Source of the DNA: a phage
Direction: 5' to 3' (one strand)
NCBI GenBank assembly: GCA_032986305.1
Contig: GCA_032986305.1_3672.1
Length of the DNA: 64,000 nt
Shown: positions 38,530-45,839 of the stretch, in pieces
How the letters are laid out: each line of letters opens with the position of its first letter
Position numbering within the stretch: the stretch's first letter is position 1
Made by a program: the position numbers and the translations under genes
Notes under the pieces: model-generated
Databases searched by the model: none
What the model saw: only the letters and a program-made list of their open reading frames with translations
What the model was told of the DNA's origin: nothing

Positions 38530-38873
38530 ATATTCCCCCCCTTGCTAACTTCAATATTGGCCTGAATAGCTCGGATACGGCGCTTTATAACTTCCTGATC
38601 TGTGTGGTCGTATCCCCAAAAGTCTACAATTTTTGCGCCCCCCGCCTCCAGGCGGTATAGTGTTTCCTGCATTTTGTAAGCCGGGATCGGGCGCGGTGTT
38701 ACTTGGTCACCTTCTTTATTTTTATACTTTATAATATAATCTTCGTTATCGTTGAATGCCCAAAATGGATATTCTGCAAGGGCGGTACTTCCTCTTTCCT
38801 TTTTATCCTGGATCTTATTTACAATTAAAGCCGTAGCAATAGCGCCAATAATAAAACTAGCCCCGCTAATCAT
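38526..38873 (-). CDS. membrane-anchored protein
   Basis: N-terminal TM helix. Confidence 0.45.
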   Translation of the reverse strand: MISGASFIIGAIATALIVNKIQDKKERGSTALAEYPFWAFNDNEDYIIKYKNKEGDQVTPRPIPAYKMQETLYRLEAGGAKIVDFWGYDHTDQEVIKRRIRAIQANIEVSKGGNI

Positions 38874-38949
38874 GTGTACTTTCTCCTTTCATGGTGTTAA
38901 TAAATTATCTTTATAGATGGCCCTGCAACCAGGACCACCGAAAAAATAA

Positions 38950-39195
38950 CTATTTCACAATGCCTACAAAACAGATCCCGCCTTCACCTATGTAAGCAAT
39001 ATCGGTAACTTTATAATTTGTCAAGATCTGTTTATTTAGTTCATTAATAAAATCGGTCATTGCGTTGGTGTAGTTGTCTTCCATATCTAAGGCATAATCC
39101 CAGGCGTAAACCTTTTTACGTCCGAAGCCTTTTACCATGATACGGGCGCTTTTGGTGTTGGTGGGCGCATAATATTTTGTGATTAGTGCTGCCAT
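38950..39195 (-). CDS. hypothetical protein
   Basis: SD GAGGAG. Confidence 0.45.
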   Translation of the reverse strand: MAALITKYYAPTNTKSARIMVKGFGRKKVYAWDYALDMEDNYTNAMTDFINELNKQILTNYKVTDIAYIGEGGICFVGIVK

Positions 39196-39234
39196 GGTTT
39201 TAACTCCTCATTAGTTCAGTGTTAACAGTGTAAA

Positions 39235-39287
39235 GTTTACTTTATTGATGGCCCTGGAGTCAAGGCCATCTAAAAATAAATTTTACT
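39235..39287. repeat. repeated palindromic intergenic element (copy 2)
   Basis: gatggccctggagtcaaggccatc with one mismatch in stem. Confidence 0.6.
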
Positions 39288-39594
39288 CGTTTTCTTCCAG
39301 CTCTGTCTGCAATTCCTGGTATTCTTCATCGTCCTCAATATCCAGGCTGTCGATGTAGTCGCTAAATCCGCAGCGGTAAGCGATAGGATCTAACTCCTTG
39401 AGGATACGCGACGGAAGAAAAGAAATGTTTCCGATCATAATTTCGCCGTAGATCTCGTCTAGCCATTCGTCATAGTTTTCGTCGTACTTGTCCTCGTCGA
39501 TTTCAAAGTTATCGATCTTGTTCTCAAGGTCTGCGATCTGTTTTTTCAGCGCGGCGATCTGCATAGCTTTTTCTGCGGCGGTCATAGTAGTCAT
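39283..39594 (-). CDS. hypothetical acidic protein
   Basis: SD AAAAGGAGAAA; Asp/Glu-rich. Confidence 0.45.
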   Translation of the reverse strand: MTTMTAAEKAMQIAALKKQIADLENKIDNFEIDEDKYDENYDEWLDEIYGEIMIGNISFLPSRILKELDPIAYRCGFSDYIDSLDIEDDEEYQELQTELEENE

Positions 39595-39675
39595 GGTGTT
39601 TTCTCCTTTTGTGTGTTCTGGGAAGTTTTCCCGTTTACGTGTTTAAGTATACCGATTTGGGTTAGCTTGTCAATT
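39595..39675 (-). promoter_or_regulatory. promoter (TTGACA-16-TATACT) plus 5' UTR hairpin cassette
   Basis: Same architecture as 37800-37864. Confidence 0.5.
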
Positions 39676-39793
39676 AAAAATTTAAGAAAAATTTTGCAAA
39701 ACTGTTGGCGCTACTCATTAACATTTGCGCCAGGATGTAACCGACAACGCAAACGATAATAGTTACCTTTGTGTATTGGCGTGTAGTGCTCAT
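39674..39793 (-). CDS. small membrane peptide (39 aa)
   Basis: SD GGGGG; hydrophobic. Confidence 0.3.
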   Translation of the reverse strand: MSTTRQYTKVTIIVCVVGYILAQMLMSSANSFAKFFLNF

Positions 39794-39826
39794 CTTAAAG
39801 CCCCCTTTTCGCTTAGTTGAGACTAG

Positions 39827-39876
39827 TTTACTTTATTGATGGCCCTGGAGTCAAGGCCATCTAAAAATAAACTTAA
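39827..39876. repeat. repeated palindromic intergenic element (copy 3)
   Basis: Identical core to copy 2. Confidence 0.6.
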
Positions 39877-40277
39877 TAAGTTTTCAGTACTTTACCGTCC
39901 AACCTGTCAAGCTGGATCTCAATAGCTGCAGAAAACCTATTGTACACCACGTCGCCCATAGAATCCAACCAATCTATGACGTTATATACCTGCTCTTTAT
40001 TCTTACAGGTCCGGATCCGTTTCATGATGTAAGCCGGATCAATATTGGTACTCTCGTTGGTGTTCCCCTGTACCTGGTTTGCCGTATTAGTTACATCTTT
40101 AATGGCCTTTACCACCACCTGGAATGGCTTTAAGGTGCCTTTTGCGTTCATCTCACGCGCTTTTGCGGCGCGGTTGTTATATGTTACACAACGGCGGCAA
40201 ATATTGATCAAATGCATGTCAATAATTTTTTCATCGTTTGCCAACTCGTTCATGATGCGGCGTACGTTCTTATTCAT
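39873..40277 (-). CDS. hypothetical protein
   Basis: 134 aa; own promoter/hairpin cassette at 40278-40352. Confidence 0.45.
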   Translation of the reverse strand: MNKNVRRIMNELANDEKIIDMHLINICRRCVTYNNRAAKAREMNAKGTLKPFQVVVKAIKDVTNTANQVQGNTNESTNIDPAYIMKRIRTCKNKEQVYNVIDWLDSMGDVVYNRFSAAIEIQLDRLDGKVLKTY

Positions 40278-40352
40278 GGTCTTTTTCCTTTATGTTGGCG
40301 GGAAACATTCCCGCCTTTTGTGCCCAGTTTACTTGAATTTTGCAGCGTGTCA
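40278..40352 (-). promoter_or_regulatory. promoter (TTGACA-16-TAAACT) plus 5' UTR hairpin GGCGGGAA/TTCCCGCC
   Basis: Palindrome 40296-40314, SD AAGGAAAAAG. Confidence 0.5.
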
Positions 40353-40359
40353 ACAATTT

Positions 40360-40758
40360 TTATTCATGGGCGCATGTTACAATGTGCTTTTTATAGCCCA
40401 GGCGGTCAGCAAGTGCCGACAAAAACTCTTCTTCGTAGATCCAGCCGTCGGCAGTGATCCCCATAGTATTTAATGCGCTCTCAAGTGCTGCGTTGGCCTT
40501 ATCATAACCGTGACCGCTCGCCTTGCCGCCAGTATAGCCGTACTTATTGTTCTTGTTGTCGTGTATCCAAAAAACGCAGTAGTAAGTGTTCCCGCTGGCG
40601 GCGGCATAGTACCGGATCTCCGCTACTTCGTGCAAATTATTATCATCGTCCAGGCCAACCAGATTATAAGCCTTGTAAAATCCACGATCACGGCGGCAAT
40701 TTTTAACATCAGAAAAAGAGAAGTCGGCATTGTCAAAATTAAAGGTTGTGGTTTTCAT
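40360..40758 (-). CDS. hypothetical protein
   Basis: SD GAGAGGATAAA. Confidence 0.45.
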   Translation of the reverse strand: MKTTTFNFDNADFSFSDVKNCRRDRGFYKAYNLVGLDDDNNLHEVAEIRYYAAASGNTYYCVFWIHDNKNNKYGYTGGKASGHGYDKANAALESALNTMGITADGWIYEEEFLSALADRLGYKKHIVTCAHE

Positions 40759-40822
40759 GATTTTATCCTCTCAGTGTCTTTTTTGATTTCAGTATATTTT
40801 GTGTCAGGCCATATGTCAATAC

Positions 40823-41020
40823 TTATTTTTTATTAAACCAGTGGTTGATCTGGCCTTTTGTCAGGGCGCAACGATTAAGTTGGTGCCGTGTATAGCTCTG
40901 ACCGCGACGGAATTTATAAAGGCCTTGCCCGTTGTTGATGGTTACATCCACCCGGCAAACCATTTGATCGGTGACCACCTGGCGAGTGTTGCGACGTACT
41001 TTGATTCCGTAGGCGTTCAT
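40823..41020 (-). CDS. small basic protein
   Basis: SD AGAGAGGATAAAAAAT. Confidence 0.4.
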   Translation of the reverse strand: MNAYGIKVRRNTRQVVTDQMVCRVDVTINNGQGLYKFRRGQSYTRHQLNRCALTKGQINHWFNKK

Positions 41021-41105
41021 GATTTTTTATCCTCTCTGTTAATTGGTGTGGTGTTGTTCACCTTGCGAGGATAAGAATAACAATAACTGTACGAGCTGTC
41101 AACCA

Positions 41106-41282
41106 TCAGTTAAAATTATTTTTTGGGTAGAATTCTCCAGCCGCCGCCCCTGCCAGGTTAACCATCATTTTTTCGTACTCTTCTTTATGTTCCAACGCTC
41201 CCGCCATAGCCTTTTCAACCAGGGCGATAGCCTCAGCGTCATTAATAGCTACATTTTCCAGGGGGATCATGTTACCTTTCAT
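41106..41282 (-). CDS. hypothetical protein (58 aa)
   Basis: SD AGGAGG before ATG 41282; below track threshold. Confidence 0.4.
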   Translation of the reverse strand: MKGNMIPLENVAINDAEAIALVEKAMAGALEHKEEYEKMMVNLAGAAAGEFYPKNNFN

Positions 41283-41440
41283 TTTTGTACCTCCTCTTCA
41301 ATTGTTACCTATCCTATAGCATAGGCCCACCAGGTTTGCAAGCCTTCATTCTCTCCTACCTGGTCAGTTAGGTCCTACCAGGCTGGCCCCGCCAGGTTGC
41401 AGCGGTTAGCGCATCAGGTTAGAAAATTTTTTTGAAAAGT

Positions 41441-41580
41441 GTTGACAGCGGCCCAGCCAGGTGGCACAATATACCTATCGAAAGGACGGCAGGCACCGGT
41501 GACGGGGGAGACAACCACCGGGGATGGGCGCTGCATAAAATGAGAACGGTTATCATTATCCTTTAAAAATTTATGCAAAA
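41441..41580 (+). ncRNA. candidate small RNA unit 1 (promoter TTGACA-17-CACAAT plus structured GC-rich transcript)
   Basis: No ORF; contains conserved element GGGAGACAACCACCGGGG and GAGAACGGTTATCATT. Confidence 0.35.
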
Positions 41581-41589
41581 ATCCTTGCT

Positions 41590-41720
41590 TTCTTTGTCCT
41601 GTGTGATACTATAATAACAAGCCGGGGCAACAGGGGCCGGGAGACAATCACCGGGCCTGCCCGTTATTCTGCAAACGAGAATGATTATCATTCAAAATTC
41701 TAAATGAGAACTCCTCGCAT
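41590..41720 (+). ncRNA. candidate small RNA unit 2 (promoter TTGCTT-16-TACTAT plus structured transcript)
   Basis: Paralogous to unit 1: GGGAGACAATCACCGGG ... GAGAATGATTATCATTC (AU hairpin). Confidence 0.35.
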
Positions 41721-41814
41721 TTAATAAATTTAATTAGCATGCTAATTACCCTCCGTAACAATTTCCTATAAAACAGTATCCCATAAAATATTCCCATACA
41801 GAAATTTTAAAAAT

Positions 41815-41990
41815 CCATTTCTGAAAACGAAAAATCGATTTCGTCCCCAAAAATTTCAGGTCGAGATCCGGAACGATTTCTAGAAAATCCGATTTAGAAA
41901 ACGAAAAACAGATCGAGTACTGAGAAATTTATCGAGAAAAATTTTCAGAAAATTCAATCTTTGAAACGAAAAACAGATCGAGTACCTGGA
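41815..41990. repeat. tandem direct repeats (about 66-73 bp period) containing GAAAACGAAAAACAGATCGAGTAC
   Basis: Three copies at about 41824, 41897, 41963. Confidence 0.55.
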
Positions 41991-42298
41991 AAGCTGCACT
42001 GCAACTTCAAGATAGTGGTTAGATTATTACCATAGAAGGTCAAGGGTAAGTGGAGGAAGTTCTAGTAGAAGGATGTGAGCATGTGTGGGAAATCTGTAAT
42101 GGTGGCCTGAAATATGGTGCAAACGATAGGATGAGTGATTCAGCTTGTCGCGCCTACTCTGAAAAAATCCATTTTAGTTTTCGATCCATTTTCTGATTTT
42201 CTAAGGATTTTAAAATATCCGGCCCGGTGAAATATCAAAAGGAGGAAATCCATTTTAGAAATCCCCCTTATACTTGATATGCCAGGAATTTTCAAGTA

Positions 42299-42628
42299 TC
42301 AGCTGTCTTTGTTTTTAGGTTTGTACATGCGCAGAGGTATGGTCTTTGTAACATTCCATTTCCTCAACCCTTCCCAGCTCCAGTTGTGGGCGTGATACCC
42401 GGTTATGCATGCACTGCTGGCGTGATCATAAGCATAAGAGAACGCTATGTGCACCAGGTGGGGCCAGTCCTTCCACGGCTGTGGACCGTAAGCCTTTCTC
42501 CAACACCGACACAAACTAATTGTCTCAAGAATAGGGAGAATAACAATTCCATATACCACCACCAGAATGGTCAGTGCAATGATTGTCAGGAACACATACC
42601 CTGCAGTTGAAATGATGATCTCTGTCAT
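42299..42628 (-). CDS. membrane protein
   Basis: N-terminal TM helices. Confidence 0.4.
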   Translation of the reverse strand: MTEIIISTAGYVFLTIIALTILVVVYGIVILPILETISLCRCWRKAYGPQPWKDWPHLVHIAFSYAYDHASSACITGYHAHNWSWEGLRKWNVTKTIPLRMYKPKNKDS

Positions 42629-42828
42629 TTGTCGTCCCCTTTCTTACGAATATAGATGTGAGAGCCTGCCTGTATATAAATTTCTCGACCATCCTCTGCA
42701 AAGATATGAAATACACGATCACCTTCGTACTCGATACGAGATATCTTCATAATGGTCTTTCCACCTGGGGTACGGATCTCGTCCCCCACAGCGATGTTCC
42801 ATGCAGATTTAAGCTTAAACATCTGCAC
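42625..42828 (-). CDS. hypothetical protein
   Basis: 67 aa, coupled overlaps. Confidence 0.4.
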   Translation of the reverse strand: MQMFKLKSAWNIAVGDEIRTPGGKTIMKISRIEYEGDRVFHIFAEDGREIYIQAGSHIYIRKKGDDK

Positions 42829-43060
42829 CCTCCTTTGGGAACTTGAACTCTGGCATAGCCATATACGCTACAACAGGGTTGTGATCAAAGTAGAACTGAC
42901 CGTTAATTATCCCGGTTTTGTCCACATAGTTACCAGATCCTGCAAGAACAACCTCACAAGCTCCGAAATCTACATTGCCATCCTCATCAGCCATGGCTAC
43001 GATATACTTTCCAAGAGGCATGTTTTTAACGCCGTCTACAAATGTCCACCCTTTGCTCAT
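42815..43060 (-). CDS. hypothetical protein
   Basis: 81 aa. Confidence 0.4.
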   Translation of the reverse strand: MSKGWTFVDGVKNMPLGKYIVAMADEDGNVDFGACEVVLAGSGNYVDKTGIINGQFYFDHNPVVAYMAMPEFKFPKEGADV

Positions 43061-43080
43061 ACTTTATCTCCTGCGCTTTC

Positions 43081-43413
43081 TTAAGGTAACCAGTAAACAA
43101 TCTCGCCTTTCAGCTTCATGTCGTTTCCAACATAAATTTCCCAGCCATCCATCTTAGCAACTGTAGGCCCAAAGTCATCCGCACCCCTTACCTCTTTCCA
43201 GGCTCCGTAGTCAGGTTGCCAGATATAGAATCCACCTTCTTTGTCCCATGCTCCGTACACTACGTTTAACAGGTTTCCCATTGCAACAATGGTGGGCCGT
43301 GGGAATAATACATCTACAGATGCGCCACAATTTCGAGTATCTTTTAAGTTGCAATCCCAAAAGATGTCTGCCAGTGTGGCGGCAATAGCTTTACGTCTTT
43401 CCAATGTTACCAT
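43081..43413 (-). CDS. hypothetical protein
   Basis: 110 aa. Confidence 0.45.
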   Translation of the reverse strand: MVTLERRKAIAATLADIFWDCNLKDTRNCGASVDVLFPRPTIVAMGNLLNVVYGAWDKEGGFYIWQPDYGAWKEVRGADDFGPTVAKMDGWEIYVGNDMKLKGEIVYWLP

Positions 43414-43423
43414 GGCACGATAC

Positions 43424-43615
43424 TCACTTGTTGTTAATAAGTTCTAAAACTTTCTGTCTTACTTTGTCAAGGTCTGTTGATTCAAAAACTGTGCGATATC
43501 CCCAACTTTGCCCATAAGAGTGACTGCAATCCCCGTAGCACCATTGCTCAATTTGATAGTATTCAAGGAATGGGTGCTGCCTGACTATGATACCGTCTCG
43601 ATTAAAAATTACCAT
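43424..43615 (-). CDS. hypothetical protein
   Basis: 63 aa. Confidence 0.4.
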   Translation of the reverse strand: MVIFNRDGIIVRQHPFLEYYQIEQWCYGDCSHSYGQSWGYRTVFESTDLDKVRQKVLELINNK

Positions 43616-43678
43616 AATATATCCCTCTCTGCTAGTTTATGTTTGTACTATACCCCGCAGTTTTCAGATGTCAACCTC

Positions 43679-43873
43679 TTACAGATTGCTCCAGTACAAT
43701 CGGCATTTACATTTTGGGCAATGAGGTTCTTTTATGTAATAACCGTCAGTCTTTGGAACACTTTTTGGTGCAGTTTTAAGATTGTACCTGGTAAAACATC
43801 GGAAGCAGGTTACCTCTCCCACCTGTTGATCGTTGATCCACTCACCAGAGTAAAGCTCTTTCTTGTTTCTCAT
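43679..43873 (-). CDS. small zinc-ribbon protein
   Basis: SD GGGAGAG before ATG 43873; CxxC...CxxC. Confidence 0.4.
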   Translation of the reverse strand: MRNKKELYSGEWINDQQVGEVTCFRCFTRYNLKTAPKSVPKTDGYYIKEPHCPKCKCRLYWSNL

Positions 43874-43899
43874 AATTCTCTCCCAAATCCTCTGCAATC

Positions 43900-44070
43900 T
43901 TATACCAAAATCTCCAGCCAGAAAGCACACGGGAACACCTTGAGGATTGAATCTTTACTTGGCTCGGAAGTTCTTTTTCCGTATGGTAGGTAGAAATACC
44001 CCCCTGCAGATTCGAATATAGCTCCTTCGGTTGTATCTACCACAGCAAGAATTAAGATTTTAGTCTCCAC
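43900..44070 (-). CDS. hypothetical small protein (56 aa)
   Basis: GTG start after AGAGAGGAGAG; below track threshold. Confidence 0.25.
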   Translation of the reverse strand: METKILILAVVDTTEGAIFESAGGYFYLPYGKRTSEPSKDSILKVFPCAFWLEILV

Positions 44071-44124
44071 AGTGCTCTCCTCTCTTAGTTGTTGTGGAAA
44101 CTATATCACCTCAGAAGATGGTCG

Positions 44125-44589
44125 TCAACACTTTTTGTACTCTACTACAACCACATCAATATCTGTGGTTGCAAGATTAATTACATCTTCTACATGTTCC
44201 CACTTTAGACCGCCAATACCGCATCCAATTTTAGGAATGTAGAACGGCAATGACACACCTTTGAATACCTCGTTGACTCGCTCAAAACCTTTCATTATTG
44301 AGAAGTATTCAGCATTGGGCCCTGGGTAGAACTGGGTATACAGGTTGATTCCATATACGACCCTGTTCTTGGCAAAATGCTCCCAACAAGAAAACATACC
44401 CAGCTTGTCCAGATTACCATAGGCAGTCTCTTTGTCGGCTGCCAGTGCTTGAGGGAACTCACGGGCAATATCTTTCGCTATGCCTGCACCCATTGTATGA
44501 AAGCAGTTACAACCGTGGATCAGGTGACCAGCACCGCTCTTAAAAAGGGAGATTAAATCTCCCGCTACAGTATCAATAATCGCGGTATG
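44125..44589 (-). CDS. TARG1/OARD1-like macro domain protein (N-terminus extends upstream of first ATG; no canonical start codon)
   Basis: Motif GDL...GHLIHGCNCFHTMGAGIA resembles OARD1 GDLF...AHCISEDCRMGAGIA; open frame 44493-44589 lacks ATG/GTG/TTG. Confidence 0.5.
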   Translation of the reverse strand, partial: HTAIIDTVAGDLISLFKSGAGHLIHGCNCFHTMGAGIAKDIAREFPQALAADKETAYGNLDKLGMFSCWEHFAKNRVVYGINLYTQFYPGPNAEYFSIMKGFERVNEVFKGVSLPFYIPKIGCGIGGLKWEHVEDVINLATTDIDVVVVEYKKC

Positions 44590-44998
44590 TCAGCTCCTCT
44601 TCCGCAATTTCAAAAAACTCATCCCAACCTTGTGGCATATTTGAGTTGCCGAAGTGGCTTTCATAGTAAAGGTTCTCACCACTTGGGAGATAGAAATCTG
44701 TTACCTCGTAGAATCCACAATCGTCGCACTCGCCTTCTTCAAACTTGGCCTCAACCTTAATACCTAGGAAGGTGAAAAGTTTATGGATATCTTCAGTTTC
44801 GAACTCCCAGCAGATATTGTTTTCCGCATCGGTGTAGAACTGGATCAGCAGACCATTATCCAGTTTACCAAAATATTCTGTGAAGTAACTACCTTCCCAG
44901 AAATCTTTATGACAAATAATATCCATGCGCTTGCCCATGATAAAGGTGTGGGCGTTTTGGGCATCGTCACGAATCAGTTTTGGCATTTCATAGATCAT
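44573..44998 (-). CDS. hypothetical protein
   Basis: 141 aa; 3' end overlaps macro-domain frame. Confidence 0.45.
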   Translation of the reverse strand: MIYEMPKLIRDDAQNAHTFIMGKRMDIICHKDFWEGSYFTEYFGKLDNGLLIQFYTDAENNICWEFETEDIHKLFTFLGIKVEAKFEEGECDDCGFYEVTDFYLPSGENLYYESHFGNSNMPQGWDEFFEIAEEELTYRDY

Positions 44999-45066
44999 CT
45001 TAGTTCTCCGGGTTCAACAGGTGGTGGTGCTACAGGAAGATCATAAAACATAGCTATCACAGTCTC

Positions 45067-45264
45067 TTACACAGGAATTGCTTCAAACAGGCCGTTATCT
45101 ATACCGTCCTTCAGATAGAGATTATATTCTATGTCGGTATCTGTATAAAGGGCAGCATCCAGCATTCTATCTGTGAGTCCATCCATTGGGTGGAGAAACC
45201 ACCACCCACGCCAGTCAAAGTAACAGCCTGGTGCATCTTCTCTTACACGGATTCGATAAATCAT
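45067..45264 (-). CDS. hypothetical protein
   Basis: 65 aa. Confidence 0.4.
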   Translation of the reverse strand: MIYRIRVREDAPGCYFDWRGWWFLHPMDGLTDRMLDAALYTDTDIEYNLYLKDGIDNGLFEAIPV

Positions 45265-45360
45265 GGGCAGTGGCCTCCTGTTAGTTATACATCCCAGTTT
45301 TCTTCGTTCATCACGTCCTCCCGTTCTATGAAGTTATAATTGCACACCTTTCCACCTGTG

Positions 45361-45777
45361 TCAACAGAAAACTTCAACAAACTCTTCCACAGTTTTAATG
45401 TCGTGGGAAAAAGGTTTACGGCTATAACGGGCAATAGCACTATCAACCACCGCCCGGTACTCCAAATCTTCAGAATATTTCATGAAGCATTGCAGCGTCT
45501 CTGGGCAGATAGCTAAATAGCTCCACCACCCTTCTTCAGATTGGTAGTCGAATCCCATACTTTCCAACCATGAAGCATATACTCCTGCACCCTCAAGCCA
45601 GTGAGTATTTTCATCCAGAAACTTGTTAATAGACATGTGAGCTTCTAAGCATTTATCCAGCTCTTTTCCGTTAACCAGCCACGCACTGACCGTGGCGCAT
45701 CCAAGGTCTACAGATTGAGTTGACAGGTTGTATTGGTCATAGTTCTCAGGTTTAACAATGATATCTTCTAATGTCAT
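45361..45777 (-). CDS. hypothetical protein
   Basis: SD AAGGAGA. Confidence 0.45.
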   Translation of the reverse strand: MTLEDIIVKPENYDQYNLSTQSVDLGCATVSAWLVNGKELDKCLEAHMSINKFLDENTHWLEGAGVYASWLESMGFDYQSEEGWWSYLAICPETLQCFMKYSEDLEYRAVVDSAIARYSRKPFSHDIKTVEEFVEVFC

Positions 45778-45792
45778 TTTTCAGATCTCCTT

Positions 45793-45824
45793 ATACAAAA
45801 ATGCCCCACCCTTTCGGGCAGGGC
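45793..45824 (-). terminator. rho-independent terminator (9-bp stem, GAAA loop), duplicated at 56862-56895
   Basis: GCCCTGCCC-GAAA-GGGTGGGGC then UUUUUGU on minus strand. Confidence 0.55.
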
Positions 45825-45839
45825 TATGTTAACTAATTG

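Noticed and set aside
41043-41324. Plus-strand ORF (93 aa) in ORF track
   Set aside because: Antisense to a better-supported minus-strand gene (41106-41282) with AGGAGG SD; region is otherwise entirely minus-strand coding; low-complexity translation
35515-41990. Repeated elements as a CRISPR array
   Set aside because: Copies are kilobases apart and separated by genes; the 41.8-42.0 kb tandem repeats have irregular spacing and degenerate units and no cas genes are present
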